Shown piece by piece: positions 1 through 10,459 of a DNA stretch of 61,458 nucleotides. Origin of the DNA: Candidatus Omnitrophota bacterium (GTDB taxonomy: Bacteria > Omnitrophota > JACPQZ01). Below the pieces are notes generated by a model. That model had not been told where the DNA came from. It worked only from the letters and a program-made list of their open reading frames with translations, and did not search any database. Position 1 is the stretch's first letter. Each line of letters begins with the position of its first letter. The stretch covers positions 1 to 61,458 of the forward strand of contig JACPQZ010000013.1 of the NCBI GenBank assembly GCA_016190205.1. Direction: 5' to 3'. The position numbers and the translations under genes are program-made.

Positions 1-221
1 CCGAATTTCTGGGCCAGACCCAGTGTCGTTCCAAATGTCCCCTTGTGGTCATCCACCCCCTGCCCCAAGAGAACAACCTCTTCGTGTCGTTCGAGGGCTT
101 CGTGCATGCTCTCGAACAGAGCTTCACGATAGGTCATAATCCTTTCGTGGGCCTGCGGAGCGGGATCCGAAGAAAGGAACTGCGCATGATCCAGCGGCTC
201 GAGAACGTCTCTAGATGACAT
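1..221 (-). CDS. TPP-dependent dehydrogenase E1 beta / transketolase-C subunit, N-terminal part (runs off window start)
   Basis: Manual translation from ATG at 221: MSSRDVLEPL...IMTYREALFESMHEALERHEEVVLLGQGVDDHKGTFGTTLGLAQKF, typical E1-beta N-terminus; overlaps the E1 alpha stop. Confidence 0.85.
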   Translation of the reverse strand, partial: MSSRDVLEPLDHAQFLSSDPAPQAHERIMTYREALFESMHEALERHEEVVLLGQGVDDHKGTFGTTLGLAQKF

Positions 222-1152
222 CTGAAAGCACGTGCTCCTCTTGAGGGGCTTCGCTCGCATCGGCGAAGGCAACCGCAGCATCTATTTCACGATTGATCTC
301 GTGACGAAACCGTTCGACCAACGCCTGATCCTGCACCAGCGGGTCCTTAGCCTTCCAACACTCGAGCTCCTTACGAGAACGGTAGCCGGCTTCATAATCC
401 TCCCCGGGTCCCACATGTTCCCGAAAGCGAAAGGTCTGGATTTCGACAAAACGGGGTTTCCGATCCTGGCGGACTAATTGAACGAGGCGGGAAAATTCTC
501 CATAAACTTGCATAAAATCATACCCTTCCGGAATCCGAGTGGCGGAAAGACCGTACGACCGCGCATGTTCGCTTATCTGAAAGGCCTGGCGGGCCTTGAG
601 CCTGGAATGTACGGCCAGACCGTTATTCTCACAGATAAATATGACAGGCAGCTGATGCAGGGCGGCAAAGTTAAGGGATTCGTGATAGACACCTTGCTCC
701 GTGGCCCCATCTCCGAAAACCGCCACGATCACCTGATCTTTCATGAGCCGATTCGCGGCCAGGGCCGCGCCCACAGCATGTGGAATAGTGCTGGCCACAA
801 GCGCTGAAGAACCCATCATCCCAACCTGGGGATCGGCGAGATGCATGGAACCGCCCTTCCCGCCGCTGCATCCCGTCACCCGTCCGAAAAGCTCGGCAAA
901 CATCTCACGCAGACCCCCTCCCTTGGCAAGGTAAAAGGCGTGGCCGCGGTAATTACCGAATAAAAGATCCGTTTTGCGAAGCGACTGACACGTCCCTACC
1001 GCCACAGACTCTTGACCGATCGACAGGTGTACAGGGCTCTGAATCTTGTCACTCGGATAAATATCAGCGATACGCTCCTCAACCAAACGGATTCGGAGGG
1101 CCTTATAAAACAACTCCTCATAAAGCGGTGCCGCCTCCATCGTACTAGCCAA
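211..1152 (-). CDS. TPP-dependent dehydrogenase E1 alpha subunit (PdhA/AcoA-like)
   Basis: HLSIGQE, GKGGSMH, TPP motif GDGATEQGVYHESLN, ENNG, TFRFREH. Confidence 0.9.
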   Translation of the reverse strand: MASTMEAAPLYEELFYKALRIRLVEERIADIYPSDKIQSPVHLSIGQESVAVGTCQSLRKTDLLFGNYRGHAFYLAKGGGLREMFAELFGRVTGCSGGKGGSMHLADPQVGMMGSSALVASTIPHAVGAALAANRLMKDQVIVAVFGDGATEQGVYHESLNFAALHQLPVIFICENNGLAVHSRLKARQAFQISEHARSYGLSATRIPEGYDFMQVYGEFSRLVQLVRQDRKPRFVEIQTFRFREHVGPGEDYEAGYRSRKELECWKAKDPLVQDQALVERFRHEINREIDAAVAFADASEAPQEEHVLSDVI

Positions 1153-1837
1153 GTCCTCCCTCGTCTTTTGGAGACACTGAAACCAACTTCATGGGCGCTG
1201 GTGGAAGGGCAATGATCTTTTCCTCAGGGACTCCCAACTCCACCAGCCTCTGGATGACGTCCGCTTGAGGGCGCGGCGTTGTAACAATAACACGATCGCA
1301 TTCAACAATAACCGCATAACCGATACTCCGTACGATGTGCCCAAAGAAACGTGTTCGATCAGAACATCCATCCACGACCCCTACCAGCTCAAGACCCATC
1401 TCCTGCAGGGTCAGGAACGCGATCTCGGCCAGCTCCCCGGTCCCGTACAAAAGGATCCTCCGCTGTCCATGACGGGCGAGCTCACCGACGTGCTGCCGGA
1501 GAAAAACCCGGACGTCCTTATAAAATGAAAGCGAGCACTCGATGTACTCGCATGTCAGCCTGGCCTTTTCAATAATCCCCTTCGGCGTTATCAAGTACCG
1601 AATACGGGTCTTTTTGACGCTGATGATCTTGATGTAACCCTTGACGACCAGCCTTTTAATCAAGAGATTCGTGAAACCTAGAGCGACGCCAATCCGCCGT
1701 GATAAGTCCCGCTGAGTTAAATGCGGACTGGATGCCACGGCATCCAAGAGGCGCATATCGTAATAGTGGGCAGGAATAGGTGCAGGAATAGGTGCCGAGC
1801 TATTAGCGGGCGTTTTGTGCTCTTCTGTGTCGGTCAA
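1145..1837 (-). CDS. MarR-family winged-helix regulator, EPS-associated type, with C-terminal Rossmann-like domain
   Basis: LTQRDLSRRIGVALGFTNLLIKRLVVKGYIK...RYLITPKGIIEKARLT; C-terminal RILLYGTGELAE; lies in a polysaccharide locus; start uncertain. Confidence 0.8.
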   Translation of the reverse strand: MTDTEEHKTPANSSAPIPAPIPAHYYDMRLLDAVASSPHLTQRDLSRRIGVALGFTNLLIKRLVVKGYIKIISVKKTRIRYLITPKGIIEKARLTCEYIECSLSFYKDVRVFLRQHVGELARHGQRRILLYGTGELAEIAFLTLQEMGLELVGVVDGCSDRTRFFGHIVRSIGYAVIVECDRVIVTTPRPQADVIQRLVELGVPEEKIIALPPAPMKLVSVSPKDEGGLG

Positions 1838-1891
1838 TGATGCTGTCTCAAATTGTGGGAGGAACTATGGGATTTACCTAGATAAGGTGAA

Positions 1892-1931
1892 CGTTCAGCT
1901 TGTGAACAGCCTAGCGTTCATTGAGTGAACA
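1892..1931. promoter_or_regulatory. Tandem palindromic operator cGTTCA-N5-TGAACa x2
   Basis: GTTCAgcttgTGAAC at 1893-1907 and GTTCAttgagTGAAC at 1916-1930, 23 bp apart, in the AT-rich region upstream of the MarR gene. Confidence 0.6.
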
Positions 1932-2089
1932 TCTTAAAAAGCAAAATACAAGATTTTTTCGCATGTGTCAATTATAAATATTACACGTTGATTTTTCTTT
2001 GTGCTAAGCAAGTATTATTAACTATGCTAATATAATACGACTATACGACAATAACCATGACTGTTATGTTTAAAATCATGGATAAATAA

Positions 2090-2785
2090 TTAAAACATGC
2101 GGCTCCTCGACACGACCCACAGGGCCCACAGACCGTCAACCCAGGTAATCTTTTTTCCCTCCTTTTTCGTGCGCGGCTCATAACTCACCGGCACCTCATA
2201 TATTTTAATCCCCCTGCGGAGGACCCCTGTAGTCAACTCGGGATCGATACCGAACCTCTTTTCCCTCAAATTCAAGTCCTTGGCCAGACAAAGGTTGAGC
2301 ATTTTGTAACACGTTTCAACATCGGTCAGATGCGTGCCGTAAATGATATTGACCCATCCCGTGACTATCACATTCGCCAGGCGGTTGAAGAGGGATAACC
2401 GCCTGCCCATCTTCATAAACCTGGAACCGTAGACAACCGCGTAACCGCCCTCCTCCGCCGCCTTGAGTAACTTCAAGATATCCCGCGGGTCATATTCCAG
2501 GTCTGCATCCTGTATCACCACACGTTGACCTGTAGCCTTTTTCAGCGCCGTCCGAATCGCCGCACCCTTGCCCTCATTCCTTATGTGAAACAACTTGATG
2601 CAGTCTGTATCTTGGAGACGGTCCCTCACAATACCGGCGGTGCCGTCGGAAGAGCCGTCGTCTACGATAATAATTTCTTTGTCGATGGGAAGGCGGAGGA
2701 GTTGTTCTAAAAGCGCCGTAAGGGTGTGTTTTTCATTATAAGCGGGCACGAGGATGGACAGTTTTCCAAATCCCTTTCCCGTCAC
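2090..2785 (-). CDS. GT2 glycosyltransferase (DPM-synthase/ArnC-like)
   Basis: LSILVPAYNE, VDDGSSDGT, NEGKGAA, QDADLEYDP, GSRF, TDVETCYK. Confidence 0.9.
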   Translation of the reverse strand: MTGKGFGKLSILVPAYNEKHTLTALLEQLLRLPIDKEIIIVDDGSSDGTAGIVRDRLQDTDCIKLFHIRNEGKGAAIRTALKKATGQRVVIQDADLEYDPRDILKLLKAAEEGGYAVVYGSRFMKMGRRLSLFNRLANVIVTGWVNIIYGTHLTDVETCYKMLNLCLAKDLNLREKRFGIDPELTTGVLRRGIKIYEVPVSYEPRTKKEGKKITWVDGLWALWVVSRSRMF

Positions 2786-3903
2786 ACAAGTCCTCTTGAT
2801 AAAAGTTCCCGTTGGGCCCGATGCGAGTAGTCTCTGGCTTTTTCTTCACGCGCCCAGTCCAGAAGTTCCCGGATGCCGTCCTCAAAGGACACCAGGGGCT
2901 CGAATCCGAGCGCCTTGCGTATGCGCGAGATATCGGCAGTACAATGGCGGATATCGCCCTGCCGATAACGCTCGGTGATCCGGGGCTTGACTCCGCTGTG
3001 CGTCTCCCTGATCAGTTTTAACGCAATGTCACGTATGGCGCGCCCCCGGCCGCTTCCCAGGTTAAAGACCCCGCGCACCGCTTCGCCAGACTCGATTAAG
3101 GCCACACATGCCCGAGCGACATCATGGACAGAGATAAAATCCCGGGTCTGCAGCCCGTCTTCATAAATGATGGGCGGGCGCCGGTTCTTAGTCCGGCTTA
3201 AAAACAGGGAGAGCACTCCCGTATAAGGATTGGAAAGAGACTGGCGCGGGCCGTAAACGTTAAAAAAGCGCATGGCCGCAGAGGGGATTCCGTACGTCCT
3301 GCCCACAGAAATCACCATCTCCTCTTGGACACGCTTGGTGATGGCATAGATGGAATCGCCCCGCAGGGGATGGTTTTCTTGAGTAGGCCGCGCCACTAGC
3401 GGCCTGGTGCAATCCGTACAGAGCGGCTCCCACTTACGAGATTTGAGCTGCTCCCCTGTCCGTTCAGCGCGCAACCGGGGCCCGCAGGAGGGGCACTCGT
3501 AAGCCCCTTCCCCGTAAATGCTCATGGAAGAGGCAACCACCAGTTTTCGGATACGGGCCCTGTGACGGTTGGCTACAAGATCCAAAAGATTGGCCGTGCC
3601 TCCGATGTTGACGTCTGTGTAGGAACGGATTTCGTATTGGGATTGTCCCACGCCCACACGGGCGGCCAGGTGAACCACTGCATGGACGCGGGACAAGGCC
3701 CGGCCCAGTCGCTCGGGGTCACGCACGTCGCCTTGCACAAATTCACACTCCCGGGTGAGATAGCGGGGTCTCCTTCGGGCCGGATGAACCTGGGGATCCA
3801 GGTTATCAAACGCCCTCACGTCATACCCCTTTTGCAGCAATTGCTCGCACAGGAAAGATCCGATGAAACCGCCCCCGCCGGTTACAAGAACCTTCCCTTT
3901 CAC
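2782..3903 (-). CDS. NAD-dependent epimerase/dehydratase, WbiB (dTDP-L-rhamnose 4-epimerase)-like with CxxC..CxxC insertion
   Basis: TGGGGFIG, ASSMSIYGEG, YAITK, RFFNVYGP; insertion CPSC...CTDC. Confidence 0.82.
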   Translation of the reverse strand: MKGKVLVTGGGGFIGSFLCEQLLQKGYDVRAFDNLDPQVHPARRRPRYLTRECEFVQGDVRDPERLGRALSRVHAVVHLAARVGVGQSQYEIRSYTDVNIGGTANLLDLVANRHRARIRKLVVASSMSIYGEGAYECPSCGPRLRAERTGEQLKSRKWEPLCTDCTRPLVARPTQENHPLRGDSIYAITKRVQEEMVISVGRTYGIPSAAMRFFNVYGPRQSLSNPYTGVLSLFLSRTKNRRPPIIYEDGLQTRDFISVHDVARACVALIESGEAVRGVFNLGSGRGRAIRDIALKLIRETHSGVKPRITERYRQGDIRHCTADISRIRKALGFEPLVSFEDGIRELLDWAREEKARDYSHRAQRELLSRGLV

Positions 3904-5030
3904 CGAGGCACCTCGGTACCGGCGAGCGCGCGCCTTAAGGCTGCGACAACCGCCTGCACATCCTGCGGACTCATTTCCGGGTAGATGGGGAGGGAAAGGG
4001 CCGTGCGGGCCAGCTGTTCAGACACAGGGAATCGGCCCTTCCGATATCCCAGGTAACACAGGCTCTTCACGAGATGCAGCGGGCGTGGATAATGAATCAA
4101 TGCCCCCACCTTTAGCTCGACAAGACGGCGCAAGACCCGATCCCGCGAACCGCACCGGATCACATACTGATGGTATACGTGGACATCACCGCGCCGCTCG
4201 GCCGGACGGACAATGGGCAGCCCTTGCAACAGGCGGTCATAGAGGGCGGCCAGAGACCGCCTTTTTTGGTTCCACCGTTCCAGGAAGGGAAGCTTCACAC
4301 GCAAGTAGGCCGCCTGCAGTTCATCGAGCCGTGCCGTAAAACCGACCTCCTCGTGCTCATTTTTTTGAAGCGCTCCGTGATTGATCAAGCGGCGCACCTT
4401 CTTCTCGTCGCCCGGCGAGCGCCCCGCCACGAGACCCGCATCTCCGAAGGCACCCAAGTTCTTGGTAGGATAAAAGCTGAAACAGGACATCCGGCCGAAG
4501 GTCCCCACACGGCGCCCGGCCGCGCGCGCACCATGCGCCTGCGCGGCGTCTTCCACAACGTCCAAATGAAAACGGGCCGCGATTTCCTGAACCCGTTTCA
4601 TCTCTGCAGGATGTCCGTAAAGATGCACGGGGATGACCGCTCTGGTCTTGGCTGTGACTGCCTTTTCCAGCGCGCGCACATCGATGCAATAGGTCTTGGG
4701 ATCAATGTCTACCAAAACAGGCCGGGCACCCGTATGGATAACGGCCTCCGCAGTTGCGACAAACGTCATGGCCGGGAGGATCACCTCGTCTCCTCTTCCG
4801 ACCCCGCAGACGGTGAGCGCCATGCGCAGGGCATCCGTCCCCGACGAGACTCCTACAGCCCAGCGGACCCCCAAATAGCGGGCGAACTCGCCTTCAAAGG
4901 CATGCCCCTCTTCGCCATCAATGAACCGGCCGGCCTTAAACACCCGGCGGGATGCCCCCTCAAGCCCCCCGCGCATGGCGCGGGCCTCACGGGCCAAGTC
5001 ACAGGGTGGAACCGGCCTAGTCACCCGCAT
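3900..5030 (-). CDS. DegT/DnrJ/EryC1/StrS PLP-dependent sugar aminotransferase
   Basis: [41 protein letters not shown]; start reset to ATG 5030 next to the upstream stop. Confidence 0.92.
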   Translation of the reverse strand: MRVTRPVPPCDLAREARAMRGGLEGASRRVFKAGRFIDGEEGHAFEGEFARYLGVRWAVGVSSGTDALRMALTVCGVGRGDEVILPAMTFVATAEAVIHTGARPVLVDIDPKTYCIDVRALEKAVTAKTRAVIPVHLYGHPAEMKRVQEIAARFHLDVVEDAAQAHGARAAGRRVGTFGRMSCFSFYPTKNLGAFGDAGLVAGRSPGDEKKVRRLINHGALQKNEHEEVGFTARLDELQAAYLRVKLPFLERWNQKRRSLAALYDRLLQGLPIVRPAERRGDVHVYHQYVIRCGSRDRVLRRLVELKVGALIHYPRPLHLVKSLCYLGYRKGRFPVSEQLARTALSLPIYPEMSPQDVQAVVAALRRALAGTEVPR

Positions 5031-5968
5031 GTGCGAAACCAGTCTATGGTCATTCTCAAGCCATCTTCCAGAGAAACCCGCGGCCCCCACGTCAAGAGCC
5101 GCCGGGCAAGGCGGATATCAGGACGTCTGACCTTTGGGTCATCCTCCGGCAGGGGGCGCCGCACGATCTTCGAACGGCTCCCGACCAACGAAACGACCTT
5201 CTCCGCCAGTTGCAAGATGCTGACCTCGTTCTGATTTCCGAGGTTCACGGGCCCCAAATGCCGGCCTGTGAGCATTTTCCAAATCCCCTCGATCAAATCG
5301 GAAATGTAACAGAAGCTGCGCGTCTGACTCCCATGACCAAACACCGTGATCGGCCGGTTTTTCAGTGCCTGCGAAATAAAGGTGGGGATGGCGCGGCCGT
5401 CGTCGGGACGCATCCGGGGCCCGTACGTGTTAAAAATACGCACGATGCGTGTCTGAAGGCCATGGGATTTACGGTACGCCCCGGTGAGGGCCTCGGCAAA
5501 TCGCTTAGACTCATCATATACGCCCCGGGGGCCGATCGGGTTGACATTGCCCCAGTAAGTCTCCGGCTGGGGATGCACCAGCGGATCGCCGTAGACCTCC
5601 GACGTGGAGGCCAATAAAAAGACGGCCCTCTTTTCTTTGGAGAGCCCCAGGGCGTTGTGAGTTCCCAAGGATCCCACTTTAAGGGTCTGTATGGGCGCCT
5701 TCAAGTAGTCTGGGGGGCTCGCGGGGGAAGCCAGGTGGAGCACGTAGTTCACCTTCCCCGGCACGTAAATGGGTTTCGTCACATCGTGGCGGATGAATTC
5801 GAATTCCCGGTGACGGGCCAGGTCCTCAAGATTATTCTTGGAGCCGGTGATGAGGTTGTCCACGCACAGAACACGGACGCCCTCCTCCATGAGCCGCTCG
5901 CACATGTGGAAACCGATGAAACCGGCCCCGCCGGTCACCACCGCAATTTTTCTCTTTTTTTTCTGCAT
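5021..5968 (-). CDS. UDP-glucuronate decarboxylase (UDP-xylose synthase family)
   Basis: [45 protein letters not shown]; start reset to ATG 5968. Confidence 0.92.
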   Translation of the reverse strand: MQKKKRKIAVVTGGAGFIGFHMCERLMEEGVRVLCVDNLITGSKNNLEDLARHREFEFIRHDVTKPIYVPGKVNYVLHLASPASPPDYLKAPIQTLKVGSLGTHNALGLSKEKRAVFLLASTSEVYGDPLVHPQPETYWGNVNPIGPRGVYDESKRFAEALTGAYRKSHGLQTRIVRIFNTYGPRMRPDDGRAIPTFISQALKNRPITVFGHGSQTRSFCYISDLIEGIWKMLTGRHLGPVNLGNQNEVSILQLAEKVVSLVGSRSKIVRRPLPEDDPKVRRPDIRLARRLLTWGPRVSLEDGLRMTIDWFRTCG

Positions 5969-5973
5969 CTTCT

Positions 5974-6858
5974 TCAGCGGTACACTGCGCTTAAGGATGC
6001 CCGTACGGCCTCCTGCCACGGCCGGAGCGCTCTCCCCGTCCACTCCTTAAAACGAGAATTGTCCAAGGCGGTCATGGCAGGACGGAGCGCATCGCGACGG
6101 AGATCGCGCCGGCTGATTCTTTGGATCCCGGCCCCGTTTTCAAGATGTGCCGCGCGCAGGATCTCACACGCAAAATCATACCAGCTCGCCGCACCCGCAT
6201 TGGTCACGTGCACAGTCCCCGTCCTTCCCAAAAGGACGAGCTCCTCGATGGCCTCCGCCAGATCACCCGCGTGGGTCGGCGAAGAAATCTTGTCCGCCAC
6301 ATAGGAGAGCGGCCGTTTTTCGCCCGCCTCTTTGAGCACCTGCCGCATAAAAACGCTCCCCCCCGCCCCGAAGAGCCAGGTGGAGCGTACGATCACGTGG
6401 CGTTCAGCTACCCGTCGGACCACACCCTCCGCCTGGACCTTGGTCCGGCCGTACACGTTGACCGGACCCGTGGGATCGTCCTCCCGGTAGGGCCTCGAGC
6501 CTTTTCCGTCAAAGACGTAATCCGTGCTGATAAAAACGAGCAAGGCACCCAGCGTGTCCGCGGCCTGGGCCACGTGGCGGGTGCCTTCCACATTCACCCT
6601 CTGGGCCAGATCGGGCTCGCGTTCGCAGTAATCCACATCCGCCAGGGCGGCCGCGTGCAGGATCACGTCGGGTTGAAAAACCCTGGCCACTTCTTCCACC
6701 CGGCGGCCGTCCGCGATGTCGCAGGTCTCAAAACCGGCCAGACCCTTGAGTCCCCCGGCCGGCCGGCGGGCCAAGCCATGAAGGGTGTGGCGTTTCGACA
6801 AGGCCTCCACGCACGAGGACCCCACGAGCCCCGTGACTCCCGTGATGAGCCATCTCAC
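5974..6858 (-). CDS. rfbD: dTDP-4-dehydrorhamnose reductase
   Basis: [31 protein letters not shown]; GTG start at 6858 overlaps the rfbB stop. Confidence 0.92.
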   Translation of the reverse strand: MRWLITGVTGLVGSSCVEALSKRHTLHGLARRPAGGLKGLAGFETCDIADGRRVEEVARVFQPDVILHAAALADVDYCEREPDLAQRVNVEGTRHVAQAADTLGALLVFISTDYVFDGKGSRPYREDDPTGPVNVYGRTKVQAEGVVRRVAERHVIVRSTWLFGAGGSVFMRQVLKEAGEKRPLSYVADKISSPTHAGDLAEAIEELVLLGRTGTVHVTNAGAASWYDFACEILRAAHLENGAGIQRISRRDLRRDALRPAMTALDNSRFKEWTGRALRPWQEAVRASLSAVYR

Positions 6859-7832
6859 GGCACAGCCACGCGTCCGCGCTTCAAGTTCCGCCACCAGCCC
6901 TCGTGGGACCGGTACCACGCCACCGTTTCCTTAAGTCCCTGCTCAAAGGGTATCGAAGGAGCCCACCCCAACCGCCTCACCTTCTCATCCCGCATCGCAT
7001 AGCGCCGGTCGTGCCCCGGCCGGTCGCTCACATGCCGGATCAGGGATTCGTCCCGGCCCATCCATCTCAATATGGAACGCGCCACCTCGATATTCTCCCA
7101 CTCATTTCCGCCCGCCACGTTGTAGATCTGGCCGGGAGCGCCCTTTTCCAGGATGCACAAGAGGGCGCGGGCGTTGTCCTCCACGTTGAGCCAGTCGCGC
7201 CGGTAGCGGCCGTCTCCGTAAACAGGCAGGGGTTCTCCATCGATCGCCTGCGTGATGAAAAGCGGGATCATCTTTTCGGGATATTGAAGGGGGCCGTAGT
7301 TGTTGGTGGAACGCGCAATGTGGACGGGAAACCGGTGGGTCTTAAAGTACGAGAGGGCCAAGAGATCGCCGGAGGCCTTGGTCGCAGAATAGGGATTGGT
7401 GGGGGCCAGCGGGTCTTCCTCGGAGGCGGCGGACTCGGCGATGGAGCCGTAGACCTCGTCCGTGCTGACATTCAAAAAGCGCGGGACCTTTTGCCGCCGC
7501 GCCTCTTCGAACAGGGAGTACGCCCCCAAGACATTGGTGCGCACGAATCCCGAGGCATCCTGAATGGAACGGTCTACATGGGATTCGGCGGCGAAATGAA
7601 CCACCGCCTCACACCCTGCCATGGCCTCGCGGACGGCGGCGGGGTCCGCTACGTCACCCCTCACCCACTGGTGCCTCCCGCTCCGGTCTAACTCCTCGAG
7701 AGTCTCCTCATTCCCCGCGTACGTCAGTTTGTCCAGATTGACGACATCCACACCGGGACGCTCCCGAAGGATCAACCGGACAAAATGGCCTCCAATGAAC
7801 CCTGCCCCTCCGGTGACGAGCCACCTCGGCAT
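6855..7832 (-). CDS. rfbB: dTDP-glucose 4,6-dehydratase
   Basis: [50 protein letters not shown]. Confidence 0.95.
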   Translation of the reverse strand: MPRWLVTGGAGFIGGHFVRLILRERPGVDVVNLDKLTYAGNEETLEELDRSGRHQWVRGDVADPAAVREAMAGCEAVVHFAAESHVDRSIQDASGFVRTNVLGAYSLFEEARRQKVPRFLNVSTDEVYGSIAESAASEEDPLAPTNPYSATKASGDLLALSYFKTHRFPVHIARSTNNYGPLQYPEKMIPLFITQAIDGEPLPVYGDGRYRRDWLNVEDNARALLCILEKGAPGQIYNVAGGNEWENIEVARSILRWMGRDESLIRHVSDRPGHDRRYAMRDEKVRRLGWAPSIPFEQGLKETVAWYRSHEGWWRNLKRGRVAVP

Positions 7833-8593
7833 CAGGGCTCCACACGAGCGGGCTGCCCGTGTACACGCTCTGCGATGAGCGTGTTGGCACGCAGAAGGGA
7901 ATCAAAAGTCCCCGCGTCTGACCAGAATCCCTTCAATATATCAAACGTGAGGCACCCCATCCGCAGATACGCCGTGTTCACATCCGTGATTTCGAGCTCC
8001 CCGCGGCCGGAGGGTTTGAGATCACGGACGATGTCGAAAACCTCTCCGTCGTACATGTAGATGCCGGTGACCGCAAAGCGCGATGCCGGGACCCTGGGCT
8101 TTTCCTGAATTTCCACAATCCGATCGCCCTCAAATGTCACGACCCCAAAGCGCCCCGGATCATCCACCTCCTTAAGCAAAATCTTGGCCCCCCGCGGCTG
8201 ACGGCGGAAGTCCTCCACATAGGGGGCGATGGTATCCTCGACGATGTTATCGCCCAGAATAACAACCAGTTTCTCACCCCGGGCAAAATTTTCAGCAATG
8301 GAGAGGGCCGCCGCAATACCTCCTTCCCCCTCTTGGTACGCGTATGTGATGTGTTCCAGCCCAAAATCACGCCCGTTCCCCATCAACCGCAGGAAATCGC
8401 CGGAGGAAGTTCCCCCCGTCACAATCAGGATGTCCCGTATCCCCGCCTTGACCAGCGTCTCGATGGGATAAAAAATCATGGGTCTATTGTAAATGGGCAG
8501 AAGGTGCTTGTTCGTCACGCGCGTCAAAGGCGCCAGACGCTTGCCTAAACCGCCTGCAAGAATAACCCCGCGAACCGCATGCCGATCAGCCAT
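7832..8593 (-). CDS. rfbA: Glucose-1-phosphate thymidylyltransferase (short form)
   Basis: GVILAGGLGKRLAPLT, NKHLLPIY, LGDN, EKP, RGELEITD, WSDAGT; start reset to ATG 8593. Confidence 0.92.
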   Translation of the reverse strand: MADRHAVRGVILAGGLGKRLAPLTRVTNKHLLPIYNRPMIFYPIETLVKAGIRDILIVTGGTSSGDFLRLMGNGRDFGLEHITYAYQEGEGGIAAALSIAENFARGEKLVVILGDNIVEDTIAPYVEDFRRQPRGAKILLKEVDDPGRFGVVTFEGDRIVEIQEKPRVPASRFAVTGIYMYDGEVFDIVRDLKPSGRGELEITDVNTAYLRMGCLTFDILKGFWSDAGTFDSLLRANTLIAERVHGQPARVEP

Positions 8594-9068
8594 CTTGGGT
8601 CCCCCAGACATAAGGTATCTCGGATGAATGCGGGTCCACCCGAAACTCATCCGGACTGTCATAGTGGTACAACTCACTGGACACATTGATGATGAGCGCC
8701 TCCTCGTCCCCTATCCCCTCCATCCCATGCAGCACGAATGGAGGGATGCGCAGCAAGATAGGTTGATGGACGCCCATAAAAAACTCGTTGACGGCCCCAG
8801 AGGTGGGCGAGTCCTTTCTTCCATCGTAGAGGACCACCTTCACCATGCCTTGCACACATACAAAATGATCCACCTGCTTTTTGTGGTAATGCCAGCCCTT
8901 CACGACGCCCGGGTAGACGGAGGTCATGTACACCTGCCCGAAAGAAGTGAAGAAAGGGTCGTCTGACCGGACCATTTCCATCAGCCGCCCGCGGCCGTCC
9001 GGCAGGACCTTCAGCTTTTTGACCTCAACCCCGTCTATCAGGTTTTTGGGGGCGGCCGATACCGACAT
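8586..9068 (-). CDS. rfbC: dTDP-4-dehydrorhamnose 3,5-epimerase family cupin
   Basis: DGRGRLMEM, VKGWHYH, LYDGRKDSPT, IPPFVLHG; within rml cluster. Confidence 0.85.
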   Translation of the reverse strand: MSVSAAPKNLIDGVEVKKLKVLPDGRGRLMEMVRSDDPFFTSFGQVYMTSVYPGVVKGWHYHKKQVDHFVCVQGMVKVVLYDGRKDSPTSGAVNEFFMGVHQPILLRIPPFVLHGMEGIGDEEALIINVSSELYHYDSPDEFRVDPHSSEIPYVWGTQDG

Positions 9069-10338
9069 ATCTGAATCCCAACTCTTTCATGTGTGCCGGA
9101 CTGTAGATATTTCGTCCATCTAAGACCAGCGGATATTTCATCATTTCCTTGATCTTCTTTAAATCCAATTTCCTAAACTCGTCCCAGCCCGTGACGATGA
9201 CAAGGGCATCGGCTCCCTGGGCCGCTTGATAGGCATCCCTGACAAAGGTGATGCCTTTTAAGACCTGCCTGGCCTTCGGCATGGCCTGGGGATCATACGC
9301 CCGGATCCGGGCCCCTTCCTTCCGAAGCCACGCGATGACCTCCAAAGACGGGGCCTCGCGGAGATCATCCGTGTTCGGCTTAAACGCGAGACCCAGCACC
9401 CCAATGGTCTTGCCGGAGACGTTCCAGAGATTTTCCTCGATGCGCTTGAGGAATATCTGCCTCTGATTCTTGTTGATCTGGGAGACTGATTTGAGCAGGG
9501 TAAAATCGACGCCGGCATCCTCCGATATCTTCACAAAAGCGGCCAGGTCCTTGGGAAAACAGGATCCCCCGAATCCTATGCCGGCCTCCAGGAAATCAGG
9601 TCCGATGCGGCGGTCCAGGCCCATCCCGCGGGAGACCTCGTGCACATCCGCCCCGACCTGGTCGCAGAGATTGGCGACCGCATTGATGAACGATACCTTG
9701 GTAGCGAGAAACGAATTGGAGGCGTGCTTGATGAGCTCCGCGCTTTTCATGTCGGTCACCACCAGGGGGGCCTTCAACGGTTTGTAGAGCCGGGTGAGGA
9801 TGTCCCGTGCGCGCCCGCTTTCAACGCCCAGGACGATACGGTCCGGATGCAAAAAATCCTGAACCGCGGAGCCCTCGCGCAGGAATTCGGGATTGGAGGC
9901 CACATCAAATTCTATCCCCTTTTTCACGTGGAGGCGTATCGTACGCTCTATCCATTCCCCCGTTGCAACGGGCACCGTGCTCTTTTCGACGATCAGGCGG
10001 TATCCCGTCATGGCCTCTGCAATCTGCCGTGCTACGTTTTCCACGTAAGTGAGATTCGCGGCGCCGTTTTCCCTGGAGGGGGTGCCCACGGCGATAAATA
10101 TGATTTCGGAGATCTCCACCGCCTCATCGAGCCGGCTGGTAAACCCAAGACGCCGCGACTTACGGTTCCGGCGCACGAGCTCCCCAAGCCCCGGCTCGTA
10201 GATGGGCATCGTGTTTGCCTTCAAGAGGAGCATCTTCGACCGGTCACTGTCCATGCAGGTGACGTGGTGCCCCAATTCGGCAAGGCAGGCCCCCGTAACC
10301 AAACCTACGTAACCGGCGCCTATGATGCTGATTTTCAT
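9025..10338 (-). CDS. ugd: UDP-glucose 6-dehydrogenase
   Basis: IGAGYVGL, EKSTVPV, NPEFLREG, GFGGSCFPKD, GLAFKPNTDDLREAP. Confidence 0.95.
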   Translation of the reverse strand: MKISIIGAGYVGLVTGACLAELGHHVTCMDSDRSKMLLLKANTMPIYEPGLGELVRRNRKSRRLGFTSRLDEAVEISEIIFIAVGTPSRENGAANLTYVENVARQIAEAMTGYRLIVEKSTVPVATGEWIERTIRLHVKKGIEFDVASNPEFLREGSAVQDFLHPDRIVLGVESGRARDILTRLYKPLKAPLVVTDMKSAELIKHASNSFLATKVSFINAVANLCDQVGADVHEVSRGMGLDRRIGPDFLEAGIGFGGSCFPKDLAAFVKISEDAGVDFTLLKSVSQINKNQRQIFLKRIEENLWNVSGKTIGVLGLAFKPNTDDLREAPSLEVIAWLRKEGARIRAYDPQAMPKARQVLKGITFVRDAYQAAQGADALVIVTGWDEFRKLDLKKIKEMMKYPLVLDGRNIYSPAHMKELGFRYVGIGRPQKPDRRG

Positions 10339-10459
10339 GAGTTCATGGGCCTAAAAGCTGGAGTGTCTCGCTTAAGAAGGTTGAGAGGTCAACGCATGTA
10401 GATGATTATTATAAGGTTACGGCGTTTGCGCGTCAAGCATGATCATCACACCAAAATTT

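Noticed and set aside
4170-10401. Long plus-strand ORFs (4170-5234, 5657-6304, 6121-7002, 6903-7691, 9640-10401)
   Set aside because: Antisense shadows of clearly identified minus-strand enzymes; no motifs or RBS
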